A stretch of 64,000 nt of DNA from Octopus sinensis (Eukaryota). Numbering within the stretch: position 1 is the first letter of the stretch; each line of letters begins with the position of its first letter. The notes below the pieces were generated by a model. It saw nothing but the letters and a program-made list of their open reading frames with translations, was not told the origin of the DNA and did not search any database. The DNA lies in NCBI RefSeq assembly GCF_006345805.1, contig NC_043001.1:76818001-76882000 (forward strand), in the 5' to 3' direction. A program made the translations under genes and the position numbers. Below, one piece after another: positions 62,860 through 64,000 of this stretch.

Positions 62860-63230
62860 AAGGTGGCAAGCTGGAAGAAACGTTAGCACGCCGGGCAAAA
62901 TGCTTAGCAGTATTTCATCTGTCTTATGTTCCGAGTTCAAATTCCACCGAGGTCAACTTTGCCTTTCATCCTTTCGGGATCGATAAATACCAGTTGCGTA
63001 TTGGGGGCGATCTAATCGACTGCCCCCCACCACCTCCCCAAAAATTTCGGGCATTGTACCTAGATTAGAAAAGAATATTGGTTTATGGAAATTTTGGCAC
63101 AAAGCCAGCAATTTCAAAGGAGAGTGTAAGTCGATTACATCGACCCCCAGTTCTCAACTAGTACTTATTTTCTCAACCCTGAAAGGATGAAAGGCAAAGT
63201 CAGCCTCGGTTGAATTTAAATTCGAATGAT
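62860..63230. mobile_element. Convergent pair of SINE family B copies
   Basis: Plus copy 62860-63070 and minus copy 63090-63230. Confidence 0.7.
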
Positions 63231-63369
63231 GCAAATACTATTAGTAAGAGAGAGGAGTTTTAGGAGCATCTTCGGTCATTACATCTGTACTTTGGGAAGT
63301 TCTGGTGTGGAAAGTTATATTATTATGAATGTGTTTGTGCGTATGAATGTGTTCATATATATGTGTGTG

Positions 63370-63410
<41 letters not shown>

Positions 63411-63664
63411 TGACATAATATAATGTCTAAAAGTTGATGAACTACCTATTGATCCCCTCTATTTTCTTATTGCTCTATAAATTAATGGTAAAATAACTCT
63501 TTACCGTCACCCATTTAGTACACTTGGTAATGTAATTGCAATGCAGTAAAAAGCACATGTGTATTAATAATTGAGTATTCTACCAGCAGTATATTGGATA
63601 GATATTATCCCATAATTGGTTGAATTCGCAACCACTAACTTTCTTGGAATATATATAGATCGTT

Positions 63665-63838
63665 AGCTACTACACACATTTTTTTCTCTCCTTGTTTTTT
63701 CTGTGTACCTTTCTGTAGAAGAGCGTAGGCTCGAAATGTAAAAGACTTTTTCTATTCCTGAGTGCTATACTAATACATCTGTTTGTTTGTACACCACCTG
63801 TTTTCGTCTTTTGTTTATTTTCGTAAACTTTCCCTTTA
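63665..63838 (+). mobile_element. Penelope-like terminal repeat
   Basis: ctttctgtagaagagcgtaggctcgaaatgtaaaagac...; matches 60440-60612. Confidence 0.6.
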
Positions 63839-64000
63839 TATATATATATATATAAATGAGCACATGAGTGAGGGAACAAACAGAAGAAAATGGCTCTCAA
63901 CACATTTGATAGGAGCTACATATATTTTCAATAAGTTTGACTCAGCTCCATATAACTTAGTTTTATGAGTGAAATAAGACACACCCACCCATCTATCCAT

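Overview
AT-rich, intron/intergenic-like eukaryotic DNA. It is dominated by (TA)n, (CA)n, (TACA)n and (TTA)n microsatellites and dozens of copies of about four tRNA-headed SINE families. From recall, these SINEs match coleoid cephalopod (Octopus) repeats; this taxon call is an inference, not a database result. No complete protein-coding gene, rRNA, CRISPR array or prokaryotic system is visible, and almost all ORFs in the supplied track are microsatellite or SINE read-through. The real coding signal is retrotransposon debris from five groups. (1) A young Tx1/L1-clade 3' fragment occurs as two tandem copies bounded by three copies of a 14-bp target duplication, splitting a decayed Tigger/pogo transposase (11.3-14.1 kb). 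(2) A Dong/R4-clade restriction-like endonuclease (RLE) tail sits inside a (TAA)n tract (31.2-31.7 kb). (3) An RTE-like tail carries three decayed C2H2 fingers (38.8-39.2 kb). (4) A CRE-clade RLE tail lies at 57.8-58.4 kb. (5) A Penelope RT fragment (61 kb) is accompanied by dispersed hammerhead-like motifs. MITEs of hAT, mariner/Tc1, piggyBac-like, Merlin-like and Helitron/Helentron type are also present; one Merlin-like family has a telomere-repeat core. Other notable items are a 36-bp minisatellite with a stop-free 12-aa frame, several fold-back structures, and a speculative + strand chain of Cys-rich micro-exons at 61.6-62.7 kb. I found no unambiguous novel multi-gene system; the best leads are given as findings.
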